Shown here: one piece after another, positions 8,697 to 17,991 of the stretch | How the letters are laid out: each line of letters starts with the position of its first letter | Position numbering within the stretch: the stretch's first letter is position 1 | Assembly (NCBI GenBank): GCA_963703315.1 | Contig: OY969811.1 | Span: 2,816,001 to 2,880,000, forward strand | Source of the DNA: an uncultured cyanobacterium | GTDB taxonomy: Bacteria; Cyanobacteriota; Cyanobacteriia; Pseudanabaenales; Pseudanabaenaceae | Direction: 5' to 3' | Length of the DNA: 64,000 nt | The notes under the pieces: model-generated | Database searches by the model: none | The model's input: only the letters and a program-made list of their open reading frames with translations | Told to the model about the DNA's origin: nothing | Made by a program: the position numbers and the translations under genes

Positions 8697-9458
8697 ATGA
8701 CACCAACTGTTACTCCTTCTCTTAAGTCTGTTCAACAAATTACCAAAACTCAAGAAATACAAAAAGAAATATTTTATCCTTCTGAGGATGGTGAACCTTT
8801 GGCAGAGACTTCTGTTCATGCTGATGCAATCATTGCGACCGTTGCCGTTTTACGAAATTATTTAGCAGAAAAGTTTGCAGAGCGATCGCCTGTTGTCCTT
8901 GCCGATCAATTTTTGTATTACGCGCAGGGATTTTCTAGATTGCGAGTTGCGCCTGATGTAATGGTGATTTTTGATATTCCGCAGCAGCCCTACGACAATT
9001 ACAAAATTTGGGAAACAGGCAAAATACCCAGCATAATTTTTGAGATAACTTCAGAAAGTACGCAAGCCCATGACCAAGCTAAAAAAAGAGAGCTTTACGA
9101 AAGCATTGGGGTTTTGGAATATTGGCTATTCGATCCAAAAGGTGAATGGATTCCCGAAAAATTGCGAGGCTATCGTCGTCAAGCTAATCTGCCCAAAAAT
9201 GAGGAAGAATCTTTGGTTTATGAAGCGATCGCTGATGGTTTGAGTCAAGTTTTAGGATTACGTCTCGAAGTCGAAGGCTCTCTAATCGGTTTCTATCGTC
9301 AGGACAATGGTGAAAAATTACTGATTCCCAGCGAGCTATTTGCAGCGTGGCAAGAAGAAATCCAACGGGCTGATTTGGCGGAGGAACGGGTTAAAGTTGC
9401 GGAACTGGAGGCTCAAAAATTGCGCGATCGCTTAGCTGCATTAGGTGTCGAACCATAA
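8697..9458 (+). CDS. Uma2 family (DUF820) putative endonuclease
   Basis: 'YPSEDGEPLAETSVH', 'VAPDVMVIF', 'IFEITSEST', 'YESIGVLEYWLFDP'; coiled-coil tail ending LAALGVEP. Confidence 0.92.
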   Translation: MTPTVTPSLKSVQQITKTQEIQKEIFYPSEDGEPLAETSVHADAIIATVAVLRNYLAEKFAERSPVVLADQFLYYAQGFSRLRVAPDVMVIFDIPQQPYDNYKIWETGKIPSIIFEITSESTQAHDQAKKRELYESIGVLEYWLFDPKGEWIPEKLRGYRRQANLPKNEEESLVYEAIADGLSQVLGLRLEVEGSLIGFYRQDNGEKLLIPSELFAAWQEEIQRADLAEERVKVAELEAQKLRDRLAALGVEP

Positions 9459-9482
9459 ATGATTTAATCACCATATACCACC

Positions 9483-9667
9483 TGTAGGGGTTTAGCATTT
9501 GCGCCACTATTTTCAAACTCATCACGAAAATCTCGCTCCGCAAATGCTAAACCCTCTTCGCTTACACCGATAAATTGTCCCTGCATTGTGAGGTTTAGGG
9601 CATAGCATTCCCATAGGTTGGGAATCTGAGAATTTATAAATTTCTGCGGGAATGCTATACCCCTACA
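9483..9667. repeat. Composite GTAG-type REP/REPIN-like element (two inverted pairs)
   Basis: tgtaggggtttagcatttgcg...cgcaaatgctaaaccct and tagggcatagcattccc...gggaatgctatacccctaca. Outer ends are TGTAGGGG and CCCCTACA. Confidence 0.7.
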
Positions 9668-9809
9668 GCTATTTATCGTAAAATCAATCTAAAAATCTGG
9701 GAATAGCTGCTATGACCTCTACGGCGAAAAACTTTGCTGGTCAAAATTTGCGAGGGCGATCGCTGCATCGTATATTAAGGCAGCAAACATTTAGCGAGAG
9801 ATAATCGAT

Positions 9810-10220
9810 ATGACCCAGCCCTCTCAGCAAGATCCAAATCTTTCAGGGCTAACAACAAAGACTGGCAAGTTTACAGAGCGATTATTACTGAATATTTCAG
9901 AGCCATTAGATCTTTTAGGGCAGGGCTTAATGGGATCTCTATGGAGAACTGTTTATCTCTCAATCCAAGATGCGATCGCTCTCGGTGTGTTATTAAAGCT
10001 TCCTAGCTTGCTTGGTCATATCATTATCGGTAAAGACTTCGCTAGTTTTGATGTATGCCTACAAGAAAACGCATTGGGTGTATCGCGTTATGCTTGTTTT
10101 ATAATAATTACAGCAGATTTTTGCCTGTGGATTGTATTAGCTGGACGAATAATCAGTCGATTTTGGGATGATCTACTCGAATTAACGAGAGGTAATGGGC
10201 ATGGCTCTAATAAACCGTAG
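9810..10220 (+). CDS. Hypothetical membrane protein
   Basis: 136-aa ORF with hydrophobic segments, overlapping the next ORF. Confidence 0.7.
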   Translation: MTQPSQQDPNLSGLTTKTGKFTERLLLNISEPLDLLGQGLMGSLWRTVYLSIQDAIALGVLLKLPSLLGHIIIGKDFASFDVCLQENALGVSRYACFIIITADFCLWIVLAGRIISRFWDDLLELTRGNGHGSNKP

Positions 10221-11012
10221 AAAAGTAAGTCTCTATGAAGAAGCTAAAAATGGGCTTAGTTCTTTAATTGGGCAAACGGCTACTGTATTTGTCTGCTTTA
10301 TTGTCATGCTATTGCTTACAGGTGGTAATCCATCTGGTTTTGCCATAACCATAACTTTTATTTTAGGTATTGCTTTTGTCGCTTGGCGTGAACAGAGTCG
10401 AGTTACAAAATTACGGAAAGATTCTAACGGCTCGCTGGATGCTATCAATAAAAGAATGCGACCACAAAAGAGGAATAGAGATCTTCGTGTAATACAAGTT
10501 AATGAAGATGGAGATTCTGTTGTAATTGGCAGCTACCTTGACAAAAGAAATAATAATTTTAGTGTTGACATTGCCAAGAGTATTGCTTCTAACCAATCGA
10601 GATATAAAAATTACATTGCAGTGCCAACAAAAATCTTTACTGAGCAAAACCTCACAGGCAGAACTTTTAAATTAGTTGTAGCAAAGTCTTCAGACCTGAG
10701 TCTGAACGACTCATACAGTATAGATTCAAATAGTACAGACACAGTTTTGAAACAGGTAAGTACTTCTTCTACTATTAAGACAAGATTATTTGAACTTAGA
10801 ACCGCAATTATTGAACACGAAAATCTTACGGACAAAAGTAAAGCCGATGCTATTGGATATTTAGAAGCTATTGCCGAAATTTCGTTGCAGCAAAATGAAA
10901 CAGCAAGTTGAATATTACCAGCAAAGCAATCCGAGCCTTAAAACGCATCATCGACAACATTCCTGCCATTAGCAAAATCGTCGAAACCATCAGCAGAGGT
11001 TTCGGTGCATAA
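10195..11012 (+). pseudogene. Hypothetical 2-TM protein, probably frameshifted near 10899 (in-frame stop at 10911)
   Basis: The -1 frame continues as NSKLNITSKAIRALKRIIDNIPAISKIVETISRGFGA* to 11012, completing a helical C-terminal domain. Confidence 0.55.
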
Positions 11013-11079
11013 ACGATCGCCTCTCGCAGATCGATCGCGCTATTATTAACGGGAGTTCAAGCAGCGATGGAAAAACATT

Positions 11080-12057
11080 ATGGACTTATTTTTTAGCTTT
11101 GCGATCGGTGCAGGTATCTTCTTTGGCATCGGCAGTTCCTCATTTAAAATCGTTAACCAAGGCGAAGAGGCACTAGTAGCATCCTTTGGTAAATACAAAC
11201 GTAAACTGCCTGCGGGTCCGCACTTTATCTTGCCCTTTATTGATACCGTCAGCTACAAAGGCTCAATCAAAGAGCAGGTACTAGATATTCCACCGCAACA
11301 ATGTATTACTCGCGATAACGTGTCCATTACCGCCGATGCAGTGGTTTACTGGCGCGTAGTTGACATGGAAAAAGCCTTCTACCGAGTGGAAAATTTACGT
11401 CAAGCGATGGCAAATATTGTCTTGACTCAGATTCGCGCCGAACTAGGTAGTTTAGAGCTTGACGAAACTTTCACTGCCAGAAATAAAATTAATGAAGTTC
11501 TGTTACGGGATTTAGATGATGCTACTGATCCTTGGGGGGTGAAGGTAACAAGGGTGGAGTTGCGCGACATCTTACCTGCTAAAGCTGTGCAGGAAGCTAT
11601 GGAAATGCAAATGACTGCGGAGCGTAGAAAAAGGGCGGCAATTCTCAATTCTGAGGGTGAGCGCGAGGCAGCAGTTAATCAGGCGAAGGGCTTAGCGGAG
11701 TCGCAGTTACTAAATGCAGAGGCTTCACAAAAGTCTGCCATTTTAGAGGCGGAAGGTCAAAAGCAATCGCGAATTTTGCGGGCAGAGGCGGAACGGCAAG
11801 AGCAAGTACTCAAAGCGCAAGGTACATCTCAGGCGATGCAAGTATTACTACAATCGATGAAGGGCAATCCCCAGTCTCAGGAAGCACTGCAATTTTTGTT
11901 AGCTCAGAGCTATCTCTCAATGGCTACAACGATCGGTTCGAGTGGCAGTAGCAAAGTAATGTTTATGGATCCGCGATCGCTACCTTCGACCTTAGAAGGA
12001 CTCAAATCAATTGTTGATGTCCCAGAAATCGGTGATGCAAAAGATTGGGGCAAATAA
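11080..12057 (+). CDS. SPFH/band 7 (stomatin-like) protein
   Basis: '[25 protein letters not shown]', '[16 protein letters not shown]' and '[13 protein letters not shown]'. Confidence 0.95.
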   Translation: MDLFFSFAIGAGIFFGIGSSSFKIVNQGEEALVASFGKYKRKLPAGPHFILPFIDTVSYKGSIKEQVLDIPPQQCITRDNVSITADAVVYWRVVDMEKAFYRVENLRQAMANIVLTQIRAELGSLELDETFTARNKINEVLLRDLDDATDPWGVKVTRVELRDILPAKAVQEAMEMQMTAERRKRAAILNSEGEREAAVNQAKGLAESQLLNAEASQKSAILEAEGQKQSRILRAEAERQEQVLKAQGTSQAMQVLLQSMKGNPQSQEALQFLLAQSYLSMATTIGSSGSSKVMFMDPRSLPSTLEGLKSIVDVPEIGDAKDWGK

Positions 12058-12109
12058 AAATAAAAAATAAAAAGGGGGCGCTTCGCGCCCCCTTTTTATT
12101 TTTTATTTT
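12056..12109. terminator. Bidirectional hairpin with a GCTTCGC loop between convergent genes
   Basis: aaaaataaaaaataaaaagggggcgc-ttc-gcgccccctttttattttttattttt. Confidence 0.8.
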
Positions 12110-13047
12110 TATACAGATGGACTGATGGGAATACGTTTAAGCAAATGATATTTGCAACCTGCGGCAAGAATATGTACGCGCAAATTGTGGATGGTTAATG
12201 GTGCTGAGCCACTCACCCACAGTTGGTTGCTATAGGAAACCTCACCAGGATCGACGACAGTAACCGTGCCACGTCCCAAAACCCGTAGGGTGTTGTTTGG
12301 TTCAAAGATGGCTACGGTGTCCTCATCAATACCGATGCCAATTTTGTCGGGATGCGCCGCGATCGCTGTCATCAGACGTGCCATGCGATTGCGGTTATGA
12401 AAATGCTGATCGACAATAATTTCTGGCAAGATATTCAAGCCCGTACTCATATTGACTAGTTCCTTATGGGGTGACTCGCCACTACTACCACCAGAAATCA
12501 TGTGATAGCCCATAGCCGCCGCACCCGCACTTGTACCAGCAAGCACTAAGCGTTTCTGCGTAATTCGCTTCGCGATCGTAATCGCAAAAGGGGTGTCGGC
12601 AATCAGAGCGCAAAGGCGCAGTTGATCACCACCAGTCATAAATATGCCTGTAAATCGATCTACTAGAGCTTCGGCTTCAGGATAGTCTTGGTGAGGACGT
12701 TCACGAATATCTAACACCTCGACAGCTTTTGCACCTAGCTCGGTGAAAATATCCAGATAAATGCGTCCGATAATGTCGGGTTCTCTTGAGGCACATGGAA
12801 TTATGGCAATACTAGCCTGGGAACCACCAGAGCTTTCTACAAAGGCTTTGAGAATTTTACGGTCTTGGACTTTATCCTCTCCACCACCAATTACCATTAC
12901 CGCCGATTTAATAATTTGAGTCATGCCCCTATCTATCGCCACATCTTCGTCTAAGTTCAGCATATTAGCAGATTGGTCAACAAATTTCTTTAGACGATTG
13001 ATTAGGTCACCGCCTTGACTCGTGTTTCGCTCTTGCTGACTCGCCAA
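12109..13047 (-). CDS. cphB: Cyanophycinase
   Basis: 'IGGGEDK', 'GIFMTGGDQLRL', catalytic 'GTSAGAAAMG', 'VDQHFHNRNRMARL' and 'GIGIDEDT'. Confidence 0.95.
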   Translation of the reverse strand: MASQQERNTSQGGDLINRLKKFVDQSANMLNLDEDVAIDRGMTQIIKSAVMVIGGGEDKVQDRKILKAFVESSGGSQASIAIIPCASREPDIIGRIYLDIFTELGAKAVEVLDIRERPHQDYPEAEALVDRFTGIFMTGGDQLRLCALIADTPFAITIAKRITQKRLVLAGTSAGAAAMGYHMISGGSSGESPHKELVNMSTGLNILPEIIVDQHFHNRNRMARLMTAIAAHPDKIGIGIDEDTVAIFEPNNTLRVLGRGTVTVVDPGEVSYSNQLWVSGSAPLTIHNLRVHILAAGCKYHLLKRIPISPSV

Positions 13048-13200
13048 TGGTTTGAATGACCTCCATTGTGATGCTTAAATGGCTAGCAACGGTTATACAT
13101 AATATATAACTAAATTGTATAGCTTTTATGTTGTTAAAGACTAATTTTTAAAGCAAAAAAATTGAGAGGATGCTTTGCATCCTCTCAATTTTTGTTTTTA

Positions 13201-13422
13201 TTAATCATTTTGCCAACACTCACGGCTGACTAAATCACAAATGCGATCGCGTAGTAAGTATTGATTTTCCTCTAATTCTCGTTCAATCTGACACCACTCG
13301 CGATCGCAAAAGAACCTACAAAGGGTATGAATCGGTTGACTACGGGTGAGTCTTCCACTTTCAAGTAGATATCTTGCTTCGTCTTGAATAGCACCAATGG
13401 AATAATAAAGTGATTGCAACAT
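13201..13422 (-). CDS. Small cyanobacterial DUF4327-family protein
   Basis: 'YSIGAIQDEARYLLESG...QPIHTLC...REWCQIERELE...LLRDRICDL...W.ND'. Confidence 0.75.
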   Translation of the reverse strand: MLQSLYYSIGAIQDEARYLLESGRLTRSQPIHTLCRFFCDREWCQIERELEENQYLLRDRICDLVSRECWQND

Positions 13423-13508
13423 AACCAAACTCTCTATGTAGGTTTTTTGCTAAAAAAGTCATTGATTTGTGGTCAGTGACTTAAATTTATTTAACGATGA
13501 TTTATGTT

Positions 13509-13524
13509 TGTATTTAAAAATACA
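13509..13524. promoter_or_regulatory. NtcA-type site TGTA-N8-TACA
   Basis: tGTAtttaaaaaTACa, about 90 nt upstream of the DUF4327 gene. Confidence 0.55.
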
Positions 13525-13664
13525 GACTGCAATATATCTTCCCATGTGATTTTCGATACGCTACAAAACTAAATGAAACTCAAAGGAACAATATATTTCT
13601 TTATGCTCTTAGGGATTAATAGCAAAGCGCAAAATGGCGTAGCTAACTCTTGCTGTATAAACCC

Positions 13665-13707
13665 TAGAAGGGAGTAACGGCGCTTCGCGCCGCCACTCCC
13701 TTCTGGT
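13665..13707. repeat. Dispersed GCGGCGC-TTC-GCGCCGC hairpin (imperfect copy)
   Basis: agaagggagtaacggcgc-ttc-gcgccgccactcccttct. Confidence 0.75.
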
Positions 13708-13716
13708 TGCAAAACT

Positions 13717-14673
13717 TTAAACTTTTTGGACAAAGTTTCTGCCCAGCAGACCTTGGGGGCGCACAAGTAAGACGATGAAAAGTAGCGCAAAGGCAACCGC
13801 ATCTTTGTAAGCAGATTGATCGGACGGGACAAAGGATTCGGCTAGACCTAAAACGATCCCGCCCACTACAGCCCCAGGGATATTTCCTAGACCACCCAAA
13901 ACGATTACCGCTAGTCCTTTTAACCCAAAACCAATACCAAAATAAGGTCCTGCAATACTGACGCTAGAACCAACTAGAGTTCCTGCGAGTCCACCTAAAA
14001 ACCCTGATACAAAAAAGGTGAGCAGAATAAAAAAGTCAGTATTGATCCCCAACAGACTAGAAGTAGTGGCATCTTCGGCGACGGCTTTCATCGCTTTACC
14101 CAGCTTGGTAAAATTAATCGCGTAAGTGAGGAATGTTAAAATTACGCCTGATACGCTAAAAATAACGATCTGGACAGTGCGAATGGCGATCGGTTTATCG
14201 ATAGTGCCGAAGTTAATCGCGGGTGGTAAGCTGCCGTAAATATTGGCAGGGAAGTTATAACTTTCCGCGCCAACGAGATATTGAATGATATTCACGATCG
14301 CCACTGCCACCCCCAAACTGGAAACTAGGGTAAGTAATGGATCAGCTTTGCGATCGCGCAGAGGTCGGAACGCAATCCGCTCGATCAATACGCTCACAAC
14401 TCCTGCAAGGATACTACTCACAAAAATGGCAACAAAAAACGGTAAATGGAGTTCTTTAGGTAAAGATAGATTGGCTAAAAGTCCATTAAACCCAAATGCA
14501 CCGCCACAGAGAAAGTAGGTAAAATAGGCTCCGAGGGTAAACACTGCACCATGAGCAAAGTTAATGATGCCTAAAATTGAGAATACAAGGGTATAACCGA
14601 GGGCAAAAATGGCGTAGACACTGCCAATTGATAAGCCATTTAAAAACTGCTGCAAAAATACCGAAAAGTCCAT
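13717..14673 (-). CDS. Branched-chain amino acid ABC transporter permease (LivH-like)
   Basis: 'QQFLNGLSIGSVYAIFALGYTLVFSILGIINFAHG' and 'VLGGLGNIPGAVVGG'. Likely start is MDFSVF at 14673. Confidence 0.92.
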   Translation of the reverse strand: MDFSVFLQQFLNGLSIGSVYAIFALGYTLVFSILGIINFAHGAVFTLGAYFTYFLCGGAFGFNGLLANLSLPKELHLPFFVAIFVSSILAGVVSVLIERIAFRPLRDRKADPLLTLVSSLGVAVAIVNIIQYLVGAESYNFPANIYGSLPPAINFGTIDKPIAIRTVQIVIFSVSGVILTFLTYAINFTKLGKAMKAVAEDATTSSLLGINTDFFILLTFFVSGFLGGLAGTLVGSSVSIAGPYFGIGFGLKGLAVIVLGGLGNIPGAVVGGIVLGLAESFVPSDQSAYKDAVAFALLFIVLLVRPQGLLGRNFVQKV

Positions 14674-14674
14674 A

Positions 14675-15415
14675 ATGAGTTTTTTAAAAGATTTTACACT
14701 TGCATCAACAATTACATTGACAGGATTAGCGATCGCGGTCACAATCACGCCGCCACCCTCAGCGATCGCTACCCTCAGCCGTCCTCACCCTCAGCAAAAC
14801 CCCGAACAAAACTTAGTTGCAACGGCTGGAACATCTCAAGTCATCGCCCTCCCAGACACAGGCGCACAAAATGACGGCTGGAGTTGTGGTCCCAATTCGG
14901 CAGCGCGGATATTGCGCTATTACGGTCATGATGTGGACTATGCAATGGTGCGGTCTGCTACGGACAAGAAGCTATTTTTGCCGCAAAAAATCCAAAATCC
15001 TTTTAATAATCAATGGATTGAGGTGCGAACAGGTACACCACCCCAAACTTTGCAGCAGGTGATGCAGCGATGGGAAGGTGATCGCGTGAAGAAATCGCCT
15101 CAGACTAGTTTTAAGCGGCTCATTAATCTCGTGCGATCAGGTAAACCTGCGATCGCCTTAATTCGGGTTGGCAGTTTGAAGATTCCCTATGTCGGCTCGA
15201 TTCCCTATTTACATTGGATTGCAATAACAGGAGTTGATTCCCAACGTCAACAAATCTATTACACAGATACGAATAGTCAAGAATATTCACTGTCCTATCA
15301 GGACTTTCAAGCAAAGTGGGATTTGGGATTGAATAAAGATGTAAGCAGTGCGATCGCCAGTGTTCTCAAAAGTAATGGAGTAGAAGCAAGAACCATCGTT
15401 TGGGTGGATCGCTAA
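14675..15415 (+). CDS. Secreted C39-like (papain-fold) peptidase
   Basis: Signal peptide; Q..WSCGPNS (Cys), LHWIAITG (His) and YYTDT (Asp). Confidence 0.8.
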   Translation: MSFLKDFTLASTITLTGLAIAVTITPPPSAIATLSRPHPQQNPEQNLVATAGTSQVIALPDTGAQNDGWSCGPNSAARILRYYGHDVDYAMVRSATDKKLFLPQKIQNPFNNQWIEVRTGTPPQTLQQVMQRWEGDRVKKSPQTSFKRLINLVRSGKPAIALIRVGSLKIPYVGSIPYLHWIAITGVDSQRQQIYYTDTNSQEYSLSYQDFQAKWDLGLNKDVSSAIASVLKSNGVEARTIVWVDR

Positions 15416-15556
15416 AGTCAGCATTAAATCAACTCATACATCTAAGACGCGCTCCAATAGGTCGAGAATTCCGTTTGTTATCGCCACTTCAATAGATAAA
15501 TAGTTCACAATTAGTTTATAGTAGTCGTATTACTCGAAAATTTCATATAGTCCTGT

Positions 15557-17317
15557 ATGCCTAGTCTCAGCCTCAAGCCATCGCACAAGCCGATCAAGAA
15601 TTACTATGAGGTCTTGGAGCAATATACCAAACTGGGGGTTGAGCATGAAGGGGCGGTGAGTAGTGCTTTTCAGAATTTGTTAGATTCCTGTGCGCGGCAG
15701 TTTCAATGGACTTTGATTCCGCAATATGCGATTAAACGCTCGAAAAAGCAACCAATTCGCATCGATGGGGCTTTGGTGGATAGTTACAATTTGCCGCGAG
15801 CTTATTGGGAAGCGAAGGATATCAACGACAACTTAAAGAAGGAAATCCCGAAAAAGTTTGCGGTGGGCTATCCCAAAGACAATATGTTGTTTCAGCGTCC
15901 CGATCACGCCATTCTCTATCAAGATGGCAAGTTGGTGATGGATGCGGATCTCACTAAGGATCAAGATTTAGTCGATATCGTCCGCCAGTTTTTTGAATAT
16001 CGTGCGCCAGCGATCGCGCAATGGGAAAAGGCTGCCGAGGAATTTGGCGATCGCGTGAAGGATCATGCTACGGCTTTGTTGGATTTAATTCGCGTACAGG
16101 AGAAGACTAACAAAAAGTTTATCGATGCTTTTGCGGCGTTTATGTTGCTTTGCCGTCAGTCGATTAATCCGAATCTGGCGGAGTCGGCGGTTGAGGAGAT
16201 GTTGATTCAGCATTTACTAACGGAACGGATTTTTCGGAGTGTGTTTAATAATCCTGATTTTGCACAACGAAATATCATTGCGGTTGAGATTGAGAAGGTA
16301 ATCAATGCCTTGACCTCTAAGCATTTTAGCCGCGCTCATTTTTTGAGTAGTTTGGATCGGTTTTATGGGGCGATCGAGGAGACGGCGGCGACAATTGATG
16401 ATTTTTCGCAAAAGCAGGATTTCTTAAATACGGTCTATGAGAAGTTCTTTCAGGGCTTTTCGACAAAGGTTGCAGATACGCATGGGATTGTGTATACACC
16501 GCAGCCGATTGTAAATTTCATGGTGAAGAGTGTGGAGGAGATTTTGCAACGGGAGTTTGGTAAGTCTCTGGTGGATAAGGGTGTGCATATTCTCGATCCG
16601 TTTGTGGGAACGGGAAATTTCATTATGCGGGTGATGCGCGAGATTGCGGAAATCCAGAAGTTGGCTTTGCCTCACAAGTATGAGCATGAGTTGCATTGCA
16701 ATGAGGTGATGTTGCTGCCCTATTACATTGCTTCGATGAATATTGAGCATGAGTATTTTGAGCAAACTGGAAAATATGAGGCGTTTGAAGGAATTTGTTT
16801 GGTGGATACGTTTGAGGATCAGCGTATTGAGCAGTTGGGTTTGTTTACTCCTGAGAATATGAAACGGGTAGAGAGACAAAGGGAATCAGATTTATTTGTG
16901 GTGATTGGGAATCATCCGTATAATGTGGGACAGTTGAATGAGAATGACAACAATAAGAATCGCAAGTATACGACTAAAAACAAGACTGGGATTGATGATC
17001 GCGTAGCAGCGACCTATGCCAAAGCTTCAAAAGCGACTAATAAAAATGCAGTTTCAGATATGTATGTAAAGGCGATTCGGTGGGCTTCAGATAGAATCGG
17101 TGATGAAGGTGTGGTAGCTTTTGTGACTAATAATAGTTTTATTGATGCTTTAGCTTTTGATGGAATGCGTGAGTTTTTAGAGAAAGAGTTTAGCCAAATT
17201 TATGTTTTTGATTTGGGTGGTAATATCCGCAAACGCACATCCAAACCTGTTTACAATGTGTTTGATATCCAAGTTGGGGTAAGTGTTAATATTTTTATTC
17301 GTAAAAAAATGGAGTAA
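15557..17317 (+). CDS. Type IIG/ISP-like restriction-modification protein, N-terminal part (PD-(D/E)XK nuclease + N6-adenine methyltransferase)
   Basis: 'RIDGALVD...YWEAKD' nuclease motif, 'GIVYTPQPIV', motif I 'ILDPFVGTGNF'. Motif IV reads 'VIGNHPYN' instead of NPPY. Confidence 0.88.
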   Translation: MPSLSLKPSHKPIKNYYEVLEQYTKLGVEHEGAVSSAFQNLLDSCARQFQWTLIPQYAIKRSKKQPIRIDGALVDSYNLPRAYWEAKDINDNLKKEIPKKFAVGYPKDNMLFQRPDHAILYQDGKLVMDADLTKDQDLVDIVRQFFEYRAPAIAQWEKAAEEFGDRVKDHATALLDLIRVQEKTNKKFIDAFAAFMLLCRQSINPNLAESAVEEMLIQHLLTERIFRSVFNNPDFAQRNIIAVEIEKVINALTSKHFSRAHFLSSLDRFYGAIEETAATIDDFSQKQDFLNTVYEKFFQGFSTKVADTHGIVYTPQPIVNFMVKSVEEILQREFGKSLVDKGVHILDPFVGTGNFIMRVMREIAEIQKLALPHKYEHELHCNEVMLLPYYIASMNIEHEYFEQTGKYEAFEGICLVDTFEDQRIEQLGLFTPENMKRVERQRESDLFVVIGNHPYNVGQLNENDNNKNRKYTTKNKTGIDDRVAATYAKASKATNKNAVSDMYVKAIRWASDRIGDEGVVAFVTNNSFIDALAFDGMREFLEKEFSQIYVFDLGGNIRKRTSKPVYNVFDIQVGVSVNIFIRKKME

Positions 17318-17324
17318 TATTTTT

Positions 17325-17675
17325 GTGAAGTTACGAGAGATAGTTGAACGAATTTTTATCGATCCTCGAAAGTTAACTACCTATGCACTTGATCCAAGTA
17401 GTTTGAAAGGAGGTAATAAAGCAATTATGTTTCAGAAGCATTTGGGGTTTACACAGGATAACTATCAATTGCTTTTAAATCAGATTCAAGATAAAGTTAT
17501 GGATAGTGAGGCAGTAGTAGGAGTGTATAACGAACATGGACAGAAGTATCAAGTTGATATCTTGATAAGTGGTGTAGCTGTGGGACAACAAGAAATTGTC
17601 AGAACAGGATGGATTGTTAAACCTAATGAAGATTTTGCTAGACTTACAACTTTATACATACGGAGTCGCAAATGA
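17325..17675 (+). CDS. DUF6883-like putative toxin/nuclease
   Basis: 'IDPRKLTTYALDP...GGNKAIMFQKHLGF...HGQKYQVD...VRTGWIV.P.EDFARLTTLYI'. GTG start with GGAG RBS. Confidence 0.7.
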   Translation: MKLREIVERIFIDPRKLTTYALDPSSLKGGNKAIMFQKHLGFTQDNYQLLLNQIQDKVMDSEAVVGVYNEHGQKYQVDILISGVAVGQQEIVRTGWIVKPNEDFARLTTLYIRSRK

Positions 17676-17989
17676 TTAAGCCAGAGTTATTTGATGTTGT
17701 TGAACTGTTAATTGATTTGCCAGATTTAGAAATCAAGGCTGGAGAACTTGGCACGATTGTTGAAGAACATAATGGTCGGGCTTATGAAGTAGAATTTGCA
17801 AATGATGAGGGTGAAACTCTTGCACTTTTGGCTTTGACTCCTGAGAAGTTTATTGTGGTGTGGAAAAATGAAACTCACTCGTGGGTATCTTTGTCTGATC
17901 GCATTAATGCGATGCTGCAAGTTATTCCAGAAGATGGACAAGAAAAGGTTTTGAATTTTGCTCGTTCTCTTTATAAAACTCCTGCGTAG
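17672..17989 (+). CDS. DUF4926-like putative antitoxin/immunity protein
   Basis: 'ELFDVVELLIDLP...GELGTIVE...YEVEFANDEGETLALLAL'. ATGA overlap with the upstream gene. Confidence 0.75.
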   Translation: MIKPELFDVVELLIDLPDLEIKAGELGTIVEEHNGRAYEVEFANDEGETLALLALTPEKFIVVWKNETHSWVSLSDRINAMLQVIPEDGQEKVLNFARSLYKTPA

Positions 17990-17991
17990 AT

